A stretch of DNA of 36,391 bases from a virus: positions 1 to 36,391 of IMG/VR virus record IMGVR_UViG_2757320708_000001, one strand, 5' to 3'. The position numbers were made by a program, and so were the translations under genes. Position 1 is the stretch's first letter, and the number at the start of each line of letters is the position of its first letter. This document shows positions 35,906-36,391 of the stretch, one piece after another. The notes under the pieces were generated by a model. The model had not been told where the DNA came from. It ran no database searches and worked only from the letters and a program-made list of their open reading frames with translations.

Positions 35906-36391
35906 GCACCGCTCCAATTAATATTTGGAGGTGTAGAATTAATTGGAATTTCCAATTTATTGCGAAAGTTGGGAAATTTGCGAAAAAAACGAAAAAAACG
36001 AAAGAAATTGGAATTTTCAATTTTTTGCATTAGTTGTGAAATTTTCGCAGAAAATGAAAAAAACTACAAATACCTAGTTAATATTCTGCAATTGCAAAGG
36101 CTTAATTAGGGAACTGTAGTTTTTTTCATTTTCTGCGAAAATTTCACAACTAATGCAAAAAATTGAAAATTCCAATTTCTTTCGTTTTTTTCGTTTTTTT
36201 CGCAAATTTCCCAACTTTCGCAATAAATTGGAAATTCCAATTAATTCTACACCTCCAAATATTAATTGGAGCGGTGCAAAAAATTCAAAATTCCAAAATT
36301 CCAATTAATCTGTCATTTTGCGTAAATTGTGCAAAAAATGAGAAAAATTGTAAATTCCTAATTTCCTAAATTTGAAATAATCTATAATTTT
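35792..36391. repeat. Fold-back palindrome: read-through of the covalently closed hairpin end or a concatemer junction
   Basis: 36115-36391 is the reverse complement of 35792-36068 (coordinate sum 72183; one mismatch seen at 35797/36386). The ORF track shows mirror-image ORFs. The central 46 nt are imperfectly paired. Confidence 0.9.

Larger units (their letters stand above)
35009..36091. repeat. Right inverted terminal repeat (~1083 bp) up to the terminal fold-back axis
   Basis: 35009-35493 mirrors 1-485 and the repeat continues to the palindrome axis at 36091/36092. ITRs of about 1-2 kb are typical of rudiviruses. Confidence 0.9.

Noticed and set aside
35814-36369. Four ORFs in the terminal palindrome (two identical 68-aa, two near-identical 76-aa)
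   Set aside because: Mirror-image products of the fold-back in low-complexity repeat DNA; no promoter or RBS.
35797-36386. Single arm mismatch (35797 versus 36386) as a biological variant
   Set aside because: It lies 5 nt from the contig end, where base-calling or assembly error is most likely.

Overview
Near-complete genome of an archaeal rod-shaped virus (Rudiviridae, SIRV-like, Sulfolobales host), very AT-rich. The core set is recognisable: 134-aa major capsid protein, minor virion proteins (SIRV2 ORF488, ORF1070 and ORF564 homologs), HUH Rep, the ssDNA-binding/AAA+/Cas4-like operon, Holliday junction resolvase, pyramid egress protein PVAP, SvtR, three glycosyltransferases, a methyltransferase, a putative acetyltransferase, an APC transporter next to a TGT-fold gene, and an AcrIIIB1 homolog. 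Bases 1-485 are the inner part of the inverted terminal repeat (matching 35009-35493). The right end contains a full ~1.08 kb ITR and then reads through the terminus into an inverted copy (axis 36091/36092) with an imperfectly paired apex. The most interesting observations are: (1) an RNA-ligase-like nucleotidyltransferase inserted between two virion genes; (2) accessory arms built as repeated promoter/terminator cassettes, with direct sequence evidence of a cassette insertion and one empty cassette; (3) an early-type promoter driving no real ORF, only a hairpin plus a CRISPR-repeat 3' end, at the locus where SIRV2 carries acrIII-1; (4) the transporter + Zn-less TGT/DpdA-like operon; (5) a TATACA-N6/8/10-TGTATA palindrome family upstream of structural and core genes. 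SIRV ORF equivalences come from my recall of those sequences and gene order, not from database searches.
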